A stretch of 63,328 nt of DNA, taken from assembly GCA_039714155.1 (NCBI GenBank), contig JBDLJX010000003.1, forward strand, positions 1-63,328, in the 5' to 3' direction. A program made the position numbers and the translations under genes. The notes below the pieces were generated by a model. It had not been told where the DNA came from. It did not search any database and was given only the letters and a program-made list of their open reading frames with translations. Within the stretch, counting starts at the first letter, position 1. Each line of letters starts with the position of its first letter. Of this stretch, positions 1-8,957 are shown piece after piece. Origin of the DNA: Pseudomonadota bacterium (GTDB lineage: Bacteria > Pseudomonadota > Gammaproteobacteria > UBA9214).

Positions 1-1
1 T

Positions 2-250
2 CATCCGCCAGTCAGGATCGTGCTTGCCGCCGCGAGCGATGCAGTCCAGCTGGCTGGTGACAGCTCAAGCGAGTGGTACATGTATACCTACCGGATGCAA
101 CTCCTGAGCGAACAACAGGAGGAGGCGCCCGTCCTCATCTGTGGCGGCGCCTACAACTACCCCTTTTACGCCCGCTACCCCACACTTCAGGAAATGCATG
201 ATGCGCTGGGTGATTATGCAACCCTGACATTGCGGCGCCCCCTTTCCTGA
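2..250 (+). CDS. 3' end of an unidentified protein (truncated by window start)
   Basis: Frame is open from base 2 (HPPVRIVLAAASDAV...) to TGA at 248-250; no recognisable motif. Confidence 0.55.
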   Translation, partial: HPPVRIVLAAASDAVQLAGDSSSEWYMYTYRMQLLSEQQEEAPVLICGGAYNYPFYARYPTLQEMHDALGDYATLTLRRPLS

Positions 251-304
251 CCTTTTTTTGCAGACCCCTGTTTCGCGCCGCGTTTGTCAAAACCACACAC
301 CAGC

Positions 305-357
305 CCGAAGGGGACAAATTTATTCCCGACACCGGGTAATAAATCTGTCCCCTTTGG
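305..357. repeat. Palindromic REP-like element AAGGGGACA(A/G)ATTTATT...AATAAATCTGTCCCCTT
   Basis: Near-perfect ~20 bp inverted arms around a 13 nt spacer, intergenic. Confidence 0.75.
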
Positions 358-507
358 CACTCGGATATAAGATATTTTACCAGTCATAACAATCATATAT
401 CTGACACCACCGTACGGTTTGGGATGACTGTCAAACCATTCCAGGTTATGTATTTTGACTCACTACTGTCAGCCCTCCGATTGACTGAGTGTGTATGGTG
501 TGTATTA

Positions 508-699
508 ATGCGTAGCAGGGATGTGATTAAACGACTGGAGACCGAGGGCTGGATACTGATTCATGCAAAAGGCTCTCACTTTCAGTTCACCCACCCGGTA
601 AAGCCTGGCCGGGTGACCGTGCCACACCCGAAAAAGGATTTACCTGTTGGCACACTGCGCAATATTTATCGCCAGGTGGGCTGGCGCTGGGGTCAGTAA
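508..699 (+). CDS. hicA: HicA family toxin (mRNA interferase)
   Basis: MRSRDVIKRLETEGW...KGSHFQFTHP..GRVTVPHPKKDLPVGTLRNI is the HicA signature; ATG at 508 chosen over the ORF-track start 424. Confidence 0.93.
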   Translation: MRSRDVIKRLETEGWILIHAKGSHFQFTHPVKPGRVTVPHPKKDLPVGTLRNIYRQVGWRWGQ

Positions 700-700
700 G

Positions 701-1108
701 ATGCGTTATACGGTTGTCATTCATAAAGACAAATCGTCGGATTACGGCGTGACGGTACCCGACTTGCCGGGTTGTTTTTCGGCGGGCGATACGATGGAAG
801 ATGCAATGACCAATGTTGTCGAGGCCATCGAGTGTCATCTGGAAGGTTTGTTGTTTGATGGTGAGGCCATTCCCGAGGCGCAGTCCGTTGAGGTACATCA
901 GAAGAACAAAGATTTTAAAGGCGGTATCTGGGCACTGGTGAATGTCGATCTTTCCAAACTGGCCAGCAAGGCGAAACGGATTAACATCACGCTTCCTGAG
1001 CGTGTGTTGGCGTTGGTGGATGAGCAGGCGAAACGCGAGGGGGAGAGTCGTTCGGGGTTACTGGCGCGTGCAGTGCTGGATTATATCGGGCGGAACAAGG
1101 TGGCTTGA
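701..1108 (+). CDS. hicB: HicB family antitoxin with C-terminal ribbon-helix-helix
   Basis: YTVVIHKD..YGVTVPDLPGCFSAGDT.E.A motif; C-terminal KRINITLPERVLALVDE; starts 1 nt after the hicA stop. Confidence 0.93.
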   Translation: MRYTVVIHKDKSSDYGVTVPDLPGCFSAGDTMEDAMTNVVEAIECHLEGLLFDGEAIPEAQSVEVHQKNKDFKGGIWALVNVDLSKLASKAKRINITLPERVLALVDEQAKREGESRSGLLARAVLDYIGRNKVA

Positions 1109-1176
1109 TTGATATTCGTGGCTAAAGCCTGTCCCCGCGCTGGCGGGGGCCGCACCTACGGGGACGGGAAATTCCT

Positions 1177-1201
1177 GTTGGAGCGCCGGCCTTCGGCGCG
1201 A
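1177..1201 (+). repeat. REP family A copy (GT.GGAGCG-hairpin-CGCGA); a degenerate opposite copy lies at ~1116-1159
   Basis: gttggagcgccggccttcggcgcga matches other family A copies in the window. Confidence 0.6.
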
Positions 1202-1267
1202 TTGTTTGGACGGCATTGTGGTCAGGAGACCGCTCCTGCAAAGGCCCTGATCATCTAGACTGTGGGT

Positions 1268-1816
1268 ATGCGTTACCTCGTTGCAAAACCCCGCTTCCGC
1301 GTCCTGCTGATAGCACTGCTGCTGAGCGCTTGCGCCTCGCAGGTTCCGCAGAACATCCGGCAAGCGCCTGCCGACACTCCGTCGCTGGAGCAGGTGCGTG
1401 AGAACGCCGCCGACTACCTGGGGCGGCCGGTGCGCTGGGGCGGTACGATCATCGAAACCGGGAACCGGGAAGACGCCACCTGGCTGACCGTGCTGGGGCG
1501 GCCCCTGAGCAAGTCCGGGAAACCGGAGTACACCGATGACAGCGCCGGGCGTTTCATCGCCATCGTGCCCGAATTCCTGGATCCGCAGGTCTATGCTCCC
1601 GACCGGCAGGTCACCGTCACCGGCACATTGCTGCGCACCGAAGCCGGCAAGGTGGGGGAATATCCCTATACCTATCCCGTTGTCCAGGCGGATGCCTGGT
1701 ACCTGTGGCCCGAGGCAACCGAACGGCCCTACGGCTACCCGTATCCCGGGTGGTATGATCCCTGGTATTACGATTCCTGGTATCCGTACGGATACCCCTA
1801 CCGCTACCGGCGTTGA
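1268..1816 (+). CDS. slp: Slp family outer-membrane lipoprotein
   Basis: Lipobox LLSAC; VRWGGTII, GRFIA....FLDP.VYAPDRQVTVTG, YPVV.......W Slp motifs; Tyr/Trp/Pro-rich tail. Confidence 0.88.
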   Translation: MRYLVAKPRFRVLLIALLLSACASQVPQNIRQAPADTPSLEQVRENAADYLGRPVRWGGTIIETGNREDATWLTVLGRPLSKSGKPEYTDDSAGRFIAIVPEFLDPQVYAPDRQVTVTGTLLRTEAGKVGEYPYTYPVVQADAWYLWPEATERPYGYPYPGWYDPWYYDSWYPYGYPYRYRR

Positions 1817-2355
1817 CCCGAATCCTCATGCTGCCGCGCTCCACCCTGCCAGTCATCCTGCTCCTGCTGCTGAGCGCCTGCGCCAGTGGTCCCACCTTCA
1901 ATACCGGCGGGGTCGACCGCTCGCTGACACCACGGGACTTCGCCACCCGTCCGCAGATGGCCACGGGCAGGAGTGTGCAGTGGGGCGGCGTCATCCTGAG
2001 CACCACCAACCTGCAGGACAGCACGCAGGTCGAGGTGCTGGCCTACCCGCTCGACGCCGATGCGCGGCCGCAAAGCGACAGCAATCCGCTGGGACGCTTT
2101 ATCCTCGAGCGGGCCGGTTACCTGGAACCGGCCACCTATGCCGAGGGCCGGCAGATCACGGTGGTCGGGACGGTGACTGGCACCAGGGCCGGCCAGGTCG
2201 GCGAATCGGACTATATCTACCCGGTCATCTCCGCCCGGCAACTCTACCTGTGGCCCCCGGGCCGGGGGCGCGATGGTGTTGGCGTTGGCGGCTATATCGG
2301 CATCGGCGTGGGAAGCGGTGGCAACTGGGGCAGCGGTGTGGGGGTTGGGTTTTGA
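1813..2355 (+). CDS. slp: Slp family outer-membrane lipoprotein (tandem paralog)
   Basis: Lipobox LLSAC; VQWGGVIL, GRFI.....YLEP..YAEGRQITVVG; 4 nt overlap with the upstream paralog; Gly-rich tail. Confidence 0.88.
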   Translation: MTRILMLPRSTLPVILLLLLSACASGPTFNTGGVDRSLTPRDFATRPQMATGRSVQWGGVILSTTNLQDSTQVEVLAYPLDADARPQSDSNPLGRFILERAGYLEPATYAEGRQITVVGTVTGTRAGQVGESDYIYPVISARQLYLWPPGRGRDGVGVGGYIGIGVGSGGNWGSGVGVGF

Positions 2356-2390
2356 ATGGATCGCGGACGCGGCCCGCTTCTTTATATTAT

Positions 2391-2425
2391 TCCCTCTCCC
2401 AGGCCCTTCCCGGCGGGAGAGGGGA
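2391..2425. repeat. Intergenic hairpin TCCCTCTCCC...GGGAGAGGGGA (REP-like) between convergent genes; related hairpin at 3902-3934
   Basis: Inverted arms visible in the sequence. Confidence 0.55.
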
Positions 2426-2460
2426 TGCACTGTTCCCGGACGCGAGGCAGTGACTCGGCA

Positions 2461-3831
2461 TCATTTAATAATCCGATAACACGGCACATATTCCGTTACC
2501 GGCAGTTTCATGCGGTGTTGTGCGACGAACGACTTCAGCAGCGTATCCAGCGGGTCCATGATGCCGGCATCGCCGCGTATCTCGAAGTGGCCGTACTTCT
2601 CGATGGCACGAATCCCCTCGTCCTTGACGTTGCCGGCGACGATGCCGGAGAACGCACGCCGCAGGTTGGCCGCGAGTTGATGGCCGGGCAGGTCATGGCG
2701 CAGTTCCAGGTTGCGCATGTTTTCGTGCGTCGGGATAAACGGCTGCTGGAATTCCTGCTCGATCGTGAGTGCCCAGTTGAAGTAATAGGCGTCATCGCGC
2801 TGCTTGCGGTAGGCGCGCACCGCGGCGATGCCTGCTTTCATTTCTCTGGCCACACCCGCGGGATCATCGATGATGATGGTGTAACGCCGTTGCGCCCCGG
2901 CGCCGAGTGTGGCGGCGATAAATGCATCGATTTCCTTGAAGTAGTCCGCCGCACTGGCCGGGCCGGTAAAGATCAGTGGAAACGGCAGGTCGGCATTGTC
3001 CGGGTGCAGCAGCAGGCCGAGCATATAGAGGATTTCCTCGGCGGTACCGACACCGCCGGGGAACACGACGATACCGTGCGCGGTGCGCACGAACGCCTCC
3101 AGGCGTTTCTCGATGTCCGGCAGGATGACGAGGTCGTTGACGATCGGGTTGGGCGATTCCGCGGCGATGATGCCCGGTTCCGTGATACCGAGGTATTGCC
3201 CGTCGCGGATACGCTGCTTGGCATGGCCGATGGTCGCGCCCTTCATCGGGCCCTTCATTGCGCCCGGCCCGCAACCGGTGCAGGTGTCCAGGCCGCGCAG
3301 CCCCAGCTGGTAGCCGACCTCCTTGGTGTAGTCGTATTCCTTGCGGCTGATCGAATGGCCGCCCCAGCAGACCACCGTGCGTGGATTGGTGTTCGGGCGC
3401 AGGATATTGGCGTTGCGCAACATGTGAAACACGGCGTTGGTGATGCCTTCCGAGGACATCAGGTCGAATTTCGGGTTGGTGGTGATCTTGTCACTGACGT
3501 ACACCACGTCGCGCAATACCGCCAGCAGGTGCTCGCTGATGCCCTTGATCATAACGCCGTCGACGAAGGCACTGGCCGGCGCACCGCTGACCTTCAGCTT
3601 GATGCCGCGTTCTTCCGGGATGATCTCGATGTCAAAGGATTGGTAGCGTTCCAGCAACTCCTTGCCATCGTCCAGTTCGCTGCCGACGTTCAGTACCGCC
3701 AGCGCGCAGTTGCGCAGCGTGGTGTACAGCCCGCCAGTACTGGTATCGAGCAGCTTGGCCACTTCGGCCCTGGACAGCACTTCCAGGCTGCCTTCGGGTG
3801 TAATCACGGCATCAACGGTTTCGTATTGCAT
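2461..3831 (-). CDS. ppnN: Nucleotide 5'-monophosphate nucleosidase PpnN (YgdH, LOG family)
   Basis: CWGGHSI..EY.Y...VG..LGLR.LD.CTGCGPGAMKGPMKGA.IGHAKQ, PDIEKRLEAF, FPGGVGTAEE. Confidence 0.95.
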   Translation of the reverse strand: MQYETVDAVITPEGSLEVLSRAEVAKLLDTSTGGLYTTLRNCALAVLNVGSELDDGKELLERYQSFDIEIIPEERGIKLKVSGAPASAFVDGVMIKGISEHLLAVLRDVVYVSDKITTNPKFDLMSSEGITNAVFHMLRNANILRPNTNPRTVVCWGGHSISRKEYDYTKEVGYQLGLRGLDTCTGCGPGAMKGPMKGATIGHAKQRIRDGQYLGITEPGIIAAESPNPIVNDLVILPDIEKRLEAFVRTAHGIVVFPGGVGTAEEILYMLGLLLHPDNADLPFPLIFTGPASAADYFKEIDAFIAATLGAGAQRRYTIIIDDPAGVAREMKAGIAAVRAYRKQRDDAYYFNWALTIEQEFQQPFIPTHENMRNLELRHDLPGHQLAANLRRAFSGIVAGNVKDEGIRAIEKYGHFEIRGDAGIMDPLDTLLKSFVAQHRMKLPVTEYVPCYRIIK

Positions 3832-3934
3832 GGTTTGTGTTTTCCGGGTTAGGGATAAACAGTGTCAGGGCACAATTTCTGCTTATAGTATAGTGCTGTC
3901 CCTTAACTCCCTCTCTCGGAAGGAGAAGGAGTTA

Positions 3935-3979
3935 ACCCGCATTTCTCACCGCGGGGCGAGATGATCGCGCAGAGATTTG
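3935..3979 (+). repeat. Truncated left end of ERIC-like element (subfamily B)
   Basis: TA-acccgcatttctcaccgcggggcgagatgatcgcgcagagatttg nearly identical to the start of the 36470 copy. Confidence 0.8.
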
Positions 3980-4016
3980 CACTTAAGGGGACAACCCCCT
4001 GTTCATCAAGGGAACT

Positions 4017-4655
4017 TCAATAGGCATTGTTGTGGCTGAGGTGGTCCAGGCGGGCCTGCTGGTCCTCCAGGTCAAGTTCGAGGTCAATGATCTCGTCTTC
4101 GACGCTGTGCATTTCCTGCTGCAGTTCGCTGAGATCGTGGAGGATCATCACCCGCTGATCGGCCTTGAGGCCATCCGCGATCAGGTCTGCCAGTTTTTGG
4201 GCCCTGTTGTTTTCCAGGTTTGACAGTGTTTGTTTACGGTTATTGATGCGTGAATGTGTCTTGTTGACCGCGGAGCGTGCCAGGTAGAGTTGCCGGCCGG
4301 TGTTGTAGGCATCGCGAAAATCATCTTCCAGTGCCGTCGGGCAAACGGCGGCAAAACCACGCCCGGCATTGCCGAGGCGGTAACCGTTGTCCGCCTTGCA
4401 GTACTGATGCAGGCCTTCCTCGCGGCCGGCGCGGTAGGCATCCAGATCCGGGACCACGGCATGTTTTGCGCAGTCCTTGCGGTACTCGCCGATCACGGCG
4501 GCGGACTTGCCGGCGACGCCGTCCTGGTAGCCGATCAGGCGCCAGTCGGCGAGCATGCATTCGTCCTTGTCGAGGGTGGCACAGCCTTGCAGCAGTACCA
4601 GTACGGCCAGCATGGCCCCGGTGATGAGTGGCTTGCGTTTGCGTGTCTCAGTCAT
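4017..4655 (-). CDS. DUF2799-family lipoprotein with C-terminal coiled coil
   Basis: Lipobox LQGC; EC..ADW..IGY.DG..G....Y..G.EEGL..YC...NGY..G pattern. Confidence 0.85.
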   Translation of the reverse strand: MTETRKRKPLITGAMLAVLVLLQGCATLDKDECMLADWRLIGYQDGVAGKSAAVIGEYRKDCAKHAVVPDLDAYRAGREEGLHQYCKADNGYRLGNAGRGFAAVCPTALEDDFRDAYNTGRQLYLARSAVNKTHSRINNRKQTLSNLENNRAQKLADLIADGLKADQRVMILHDLSELQQEMHSVEDEIIDLELDLEDQQARLDHLSHNNAY

Positions 4656-4868
4656 GATATTACCTCCCCGGTTTGCCTGTCATTGCGCCGCCTGGCGGTC
4701 GCTGATTCCTTATATAGCGGCATGCTTTGAGAATTCCTGGAGTTGGTCCCGCCCGGGCGCGGTTGAGCATGCAGCACCAGCATGAAATGGGTTCTGTCTG
4801 ACAATGAAATCAGCAGCTGGCTGACAGACACATATATCTCCATTGATTACGGTCTCCCCTTTAACCCG

Positions 4869-4958
4869 CATTCAATCCGGATTAACGAGCAATGGCGGAT
4901 TGTGTTTCGCTGGCAAGCCGGCAATGCCTTCGAGGCCGAAGTGACAGACTATCATTGA
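4869..4958 (+). pseudogene. higB: C-terminal remnant of a HigB (RelE-like) toxin
   Basis: Translates HSIRINEQWRIVFRWQAGNAFEAEVTDYH*, the typical HigB C-terminus, 11 nt upstream of higA; sequence further upstream no longer resembles HigB. Confidence 0.8.
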
Positions 4959-4969
4959 GGTGTGGAACC

Positions 4970-5236
4970 ATGAAACAACCGACTAATCCCTTTCATCCCG
5001 GCGAGATTTTGCTGGAGGAGTTTTTGCAGCCGGCGGACATTACCCAGACGGCATTTGCCGGGCAACTGGGGTGGACACGTGCGCGCCTCAATGAACTCAT
5101 CAAGGGCAAACGCGGGATTACGGCGGAGTCGGCACTGGATCTGGCGGAGGTGCTGGGGACGTCGGCAAAGTTGTGGATGAATTTACAGGCGACGTGGGAT
5201 CTGGACCAGGCGATGAAGCGGCGGGTGATGGCGTAG
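4970..5236 (+). CDS. higA: HigA family antitoxin (HTH)
   Basis: HPGEILLEEFL.P...TQ..FA..LG......NE.IKGKR.IT...AL.LA..LGTSA..W.NLQ. Confidence 0.92.
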   Translation: MKQPTNPFHPGEILLEEFLQPADITQTAFAGQLGWTRARLNELIKGKRGITAESALDLAEVLGTSAKLWMNLQATWDLDQAMKRRVMA

Positions 5237-5286
5237 AACGATTGTCGGATTACACTGCGCTTCCTCCTGGCTACGGCACTACGTAA

Positions 5287-5318
5287 TCCCGGATTGCGTT
5301 TCACTCCATCCGGGCTAC
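5287..5318 (-). repeat. REP family D copy (GTAGCCCGGATGGAGTGAAACGCAATCCGGGA); others at 21808-21887 (inverted pair) and 49570-49598
   Basis: Near-identical 32 bp palindromes starting with GTAG at three loci. Confidence 0.8.
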
Positions 5319-5372
5319 GGTACTTCCTGGTTATCGCGCCTGCAAGGTGCTCCTGCATGTTCGCGGTCAGGT

Positions 5373-5557
5373 CTGCGCAATGTGCCGAGGCACGCCTGGA
5401 AGGTATGAGCAAGCTTGCGGAGGCCACCGGCCTGAATCGTGAGAGTCTGTACCGGATGTTATCCGGGAAGGGTGACCCGGAGTTGAAAAGCCTTGATCGG
5501 CTGTTGCATGCACTCGGTTTGAAGATTACCGTCGATGTTGACGAGCATGCGGCGTAA
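5373..5557 (+). pseudogene. Frameshifted C-terminal half of an HI1420-type addiction-module antidote (HTH)
   Basis: ctg cgc aat gt|gcc gag gca = LRNV/AEARLEGMSKLAEATGLNRESLYRMLSGKGDPELKSL; one base missing at ~5383, N-terminal half absent. Confidence 0.7.
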
Positions 5558-5565
5558 TTAACTAT

Positions 5566-5691
5566 TCGCGAGCAAAGCCCGCTCCTGCGGTTCTATTTTG
5601 AAGGGCGGTAATATTCGCGGCTGAAGCCGCTCCTACCCGTACATCTGACAATCAACGTTTAATCCGCGTGTAGGAGCGAATTCATTCGCGA
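5566..5691. repeat. Cluster of three family A REPs (5566-5588, 5615-5636, 5670-5691)
   Basis: tcgcgagcaaagcccgctcctgc, tcgcggctgaagccgctcctac, gtaggagcgaattcattcgcga. Confidence 0.85.
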
Positions 5692-5780
5692 CCCGCGATC
5701 ATGATCCATTACCTGTTCGCGGCTCTTTTTTGAGGTTGGTCAGACCAATTACCCGTCAATCCAGCAATCCTGTGGCGCCT

Positions 5781-5814
5781 GTTCAGCCTGTATTCAGCGA
5801 ACATTGCCTATCCT
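5781..5814 (+). promoter_or_regulatory. PhoP-type direct-repeat box plus -10
   Basis: GTTCAG-cctgt-ATTCAG, 11 nt, TATCCT; matches the Pseudomonas PhoP-box consensus GTTCAG-N5-RTTCAG as recalled; upstream of the phoP-like operon. Confidence 0.7.
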
Positions 5815-5886
5815 GACTGTGAATCATGGAAAACAGGGCCTTGCTGCCCTGCCCTGGCACACAACCCAAGCAACAGGAGACAGACA

Positions 5887-6414
5887 ATGAAACGCATAAT
5901 GACTGTAGTGACAATCGGGATCCCGGCGCTGGCCTTTTCCGGGGCCGCCATTTCGGAACATGGATTCATTGGCAAGGCCAGGGTCATCAACGCCGAACCG
6001 CTGTATGAAACCGTTGAAGTGGCACACCCGGTCACCGAGTGCTGGACGGAACGGGTCACTCGCAACGAGCACCGGCACGGCGACTATCTTGCACCGATCG
6101 CCGGCGGCATTGTCGGCGGTGTGGTCGGCAAGAAGATCGGCAGGGGGCGTGGAAAAACCGCACTGACCATCGCCGGTACGTTGCTTGGCGCCTCACTCGG
6201 GCAGCAGTACAATTCATCGCACTCAGGGCGACGCCAGCGGGTTGAACACGTGAGACGCTGCGAAACCGTTGATCGATACGAACGAGAGGAGCAACTCACG
6301 GGCTATCGTGTAAAATACCGTTATGAGGGACAAACCTACTACACGCAGACCACCGAACACCCGGGCAAGTTCATACCGGTGCGCGTCAGGGTGTCGCCGG
6401 TTAACGGGATTTAA
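5887..6414 (+). CDS. Glycine-zipper 2TM domain protein (YcfJ-like), exported
   Basis: Signal peptide; GGIVGGVVGKKIGRGRGK..LTIAGTLLGASLG zipper; C-terminal GYRVKYRYEGQ. Confidence 0.85.
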   Translation: MKRIMTVVTIGIPALAFSGAAISEHGFIGKARVINAEPLYETVEVAHPVTECWTERVTRNEHRHGDYLAPIAGGIVGGVVGKKIGRGRGKTALTIAGTLLGASLGQQYNSSHSGRRQRVEHVRRCETVDRYEREEQLTGYRVKYRYEGQTYYTQTTEHPGKFIPVRVRVSPVNGI

Positions 6415-6435
6415 TGCAACATTACACACCAACCA

Positions 6436-6759
6436 ATGACTAACGGACGGCTGATTACCGGCTGCTTGATCCTGTTACTGGCCACTGGCCCGGTAATGGC
6501 CGCGCCGTTTCATCAGTCTCCGTTTTATTATCACCCGCTGCTGGTCGCGCAACGCGATCATGCCGGCAATGGCGGCATCAGCCTGGACGAGGCGGTCGCG
6601 CAGGCACGGCAACGGAACAAGGGCAAGGTACTGTCTGCGGAGACCATCCGTGTCGATGGTCGCAAGGTCCACCGCATCAAGATCCTGACGAAGAACGGGC
6701 GGGTCAAGCGCATCCAGATCGATGCCCGTAGCGGGAAGAAAATGAAACGCGGACATTGA
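6436..6759 (+). CDS. PepSY domain protein, exported
   Basis: Signal peptide; ISLDEAVAQARQRNKGKVLSAE......VHRIKILTKNGRVKRIQIDARSG. Confidence 0.85.
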   Translation: MTNGRLITGCLILLLATGPVMAAPFHQSPFYYHPLLVAQRDHAGNGGISLDEAVAQARQRNKGKVLSAETIRVDGRKVHRIKILTKNGRVKRIQIDARSGKKMKRGH

Positions 6760-6762
6760 GCC

Positions 6763-7446
6763 ATGCATATCCTGGTTGTCGAAGACGAAACCCGCCTGCG
6801 CGAGCAACTGAGGGACCGCCTGCGTGACAGTGGCTACGTCGTCGAGGTGGCTGCCGACGGTGAGGAAGGCCTGTACTACGGCGAGGAATATCCGCTCGAC
6901 CTGGCGATTATCGATCTCGGGCTGCCGAAGTTGTCCGGTATCGAACTGATCCGCCGCCTGCGCTCCCGGGACCGGCATTTCCCGATCCTGATCCTGACGG
7001 CCAGGGGCAACTGGCAGGACAAGGTAGATGGCCTGGAAACCGGCGCCGATGATTACCTGGTCAAGCCGTTTCGCTTCGAGGAGCTCGAGGCGCGTTTGAA
7101 TGCCCTGTTGCGCCGCGCATCCGGCTGGTCGAAACCGGTGCTGGACTGCGGACCGATTTCGCTGGATACCGGCAAACAGTCCATCACGGTCTCGGGCAAT
7201 GCCGTGGAACTGACCGCCTTTGAGTACCGGGTGCTGGAATACCTGATGCTGCACGCCGGTGAAGTCATCTCCAAGACCGAACTGACGGACAACCTCTACG
7301 AGCAGGATTTCGACCGCGACAGTAATGTACTGGAAGTGTTCATCGGACGCCTGCGTCGCAAGCTGGACCCGGATAACACCATCAGCCCCATAGAAACACT
7401 GCGTGGCCGCGGCTATCGGTTCCGGCTGGAAGCCAACGCCGGCTGA
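6763..7446 (+). CDS. phoP: OmpR-family response regulator, PhoP-like
   Basis: ILVVEDE, DLAIIDLGLP, PILILTARGNWQDKVDGL..GADDYLVKPF.FEEL.ARLNALLRR, closely resembling Pseudomonas PhoP. Confidence 0.85.
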   Translation: MHILVVEDETRLREQLRDRLRDSGYVVEVAADGEEGLYYGEEYPLDLAIIDLGLPKLSGIELIRRLRSRDRHFPILILTARGNWQDKVDGLETGADDYLVKPFRFEELEARLNALLRRASGWSKPVLDCGPISLDTGKQSITVSGNAVELTAFEYRVLEYLMLHAGEVISKTELTDNLYEQDFDRDSNVLEVFIGRLRRKLDPDNTISPIETLRGRGYRFRLEANAG

Positions 7447-8792
7447 TGCGTTCGCTGCACAGCCGACTGCTGCTGGCTGCATCCCTGGTTCTTGCCGGCT
7501 TCCTTGGTGCCACCGGCCTGGCGCTCGACAAGGCCTTTCGCGTCAGTGCCGAGGCCGCCATGCAGGACCGCCTGCAGTCTCATATCTACGCCCTGCTGGC
7601 CGCCGCGGATGAAGATGACAACGGCCGCATGACCCCGCCACAGGAGCTGCCGGAACCACGCTTCTCGAAACCGGATTCAGGTCTGTATGCGGTCATCACC
7701 AGCGGCAACGGTAAACCGCTGTGGCACTCCACCTCCCTGACCGGGCGCAACATCAACGTGACGGAACAACAAATGCCCGGCAAGCGCCACTTTAGCCGGC
7801 TAGCCCGCTCGGGCATGCAACTGTATGCCCTCGCGCTTGGCGTTGCCTGGGAAGACGATGCCGGCACGGAGGCGTTGTACACATTCACCGTGGCGGAAGA
7901 TACCACGGTGTTCCAGACGGAGATCGACAGTTTCCGTTCTACCTTGTGGCGCTGGCTCGGCGGCATGGCACTGGTGCTGCTGCTGGCGCAGGGTGTCATC
8001 CTGCGCTGGGGCCTGCGGCCACTGCGGACGGTTAGCAATGACCTGCAGCAGATCGAAAAAGGCCGCGCAGACCGTCTGGACGGACACTACCCCAGGGAAC
8101 TCACCGGCTTGACCTCCAGCCTGAATTCCCTGATCGAGCACAGCAAGGCGGTACAGATCCGTTACCGCAACAGCCTCGATGACCTCGCCCACAGCCTGAA
8201 AACACCACTGGCCATTTTGCAGTCCAGCCCCCCGGACAGCAGTCGCAACCCTGATACCAGCCACGCCCTGGTCAGGGAACAGGTGGAACGCATGGATGAA
8301 ATCATCAGCCATCAATTACAACGCGCCGCCGTCTCCGGCCGGACCACACTGGCCAAACCGGTATCGGTTGGCAAGGTCGTGGAGCGGCTGGTGCGCTCCC
8401 TCGACAAGGTGTACCGGGAAAAACAGCTGACGGTTAACCTGGAACTGGACCCGTCAGCCAGCTTCACAGGGGACGAGGCCGACCTGACGGAGGTCCTCGG
8501 CAACCTGCTGGAGAACGCCTACAAGTACTGCCACCGTGCGGTCCGGGTGTGCGTGCGGACGGGCCCACACACCGACGGTGTCGAGATCAGCATCGAAGAC
8601 GACGGCCCCGGCATTGCAGCAGATCAGGTCGACACCGTCCTGCAACGCGGCAAACGCATGGACGAGTCGATTCCCGGTCAGGGCCTCGGCCTGAGCATGG
8701 CCAGCGAAATTATTACCGTGTATGGCGGGCAACTGGCATTTGCTGTCAGCCCCCTGGGCGGCACCCTGCTGCGGGTCAGTTTCCGCGATTGA
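7446..8792 (+). CDS. phoQ: Sensor histidine kinase, PhoQ-like
   Basis: Two TM segments, HAMP, H-box DLAHSLKTPL, N-box GNLLENAYKY, G-boxes DDGPGI and GQGLGL. Confidence 0.85.
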   Translation: MRSLHSRLLLAASLVLAGFLGATGLALDKAFRVSAEAAMQDRLQSHIYALLAAADEDDNGRMTPPQELPEPRFSKPDSGLYAVITSGNGKPLWHSTSLTGRNINVTEQQMPGKRHFSRLARSGMQLYALALGVAWEDDAGTEALYTFTVAEDTTVFQTEIDSFRSTLWRWLGGMALVLLLAQGVILRWGLRPLRTVSNDLQQIEKGRADRLDGHYPRELTGLTSSLNSLIEHSKAVQIRYRNSLDDLAHSLKTPLAILQSSPPDSSRNPDTSHALVREQVERMDEIISHQLQRAAVSGRTTLAKPVSVGKVVERLVRSLDKVYREKQLTVNLELDPSASFTGDEADLTEVLGNLLENAYKYCHRAVRVCVRTGPHTDGVEISIEDDGPGIAADQVDTVLQRGKRMDESIPGQGLGLSMASEIITVYGGQLAFAVSPLGGTLLRVSFRD

Positions 8793-8828
8793 CCCGGTAG
8801 TCAGTTCTTCACAGGTCGGGTTAGCCAT

Positions 8829-8923
8829 GTGGGAGCGTCGTCGCCTACAGGGATGTAGGTGAGGGGCGTGAGCAGGACGCGGAAGCTTCCCCGGCGCGAA
8901 TCGCGGCGAGACGCCGCTCCCAC
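8829..8923. repeat. Composite family A REP pair with internal insert
   Basis: gtgggagcg...ccccggcgcga followed by tcgcggcgagacgccgctcccac; same layout, without the insert, at 44936-44983. Confidence 0.7.
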
Positions 8924-8957
8924 AGTAAGAATATTCTTTCAATAATGAGGGCAACCT

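Noticed and set aside
2356-3852. 498 aa plus-strand ORF and other long antisense ORFs (6475-7482, 10902-11753, 56743-57669 etc.)
   Set aside because: Shadows of well-supported opposite-strand genes in GC-rich DNA; no motifs
4652-4843. 63 aa minus-strand ORF with an SD-like GGGGAG
   Set aside because: No recognisable family or supporting features; may be chance; left unannotated
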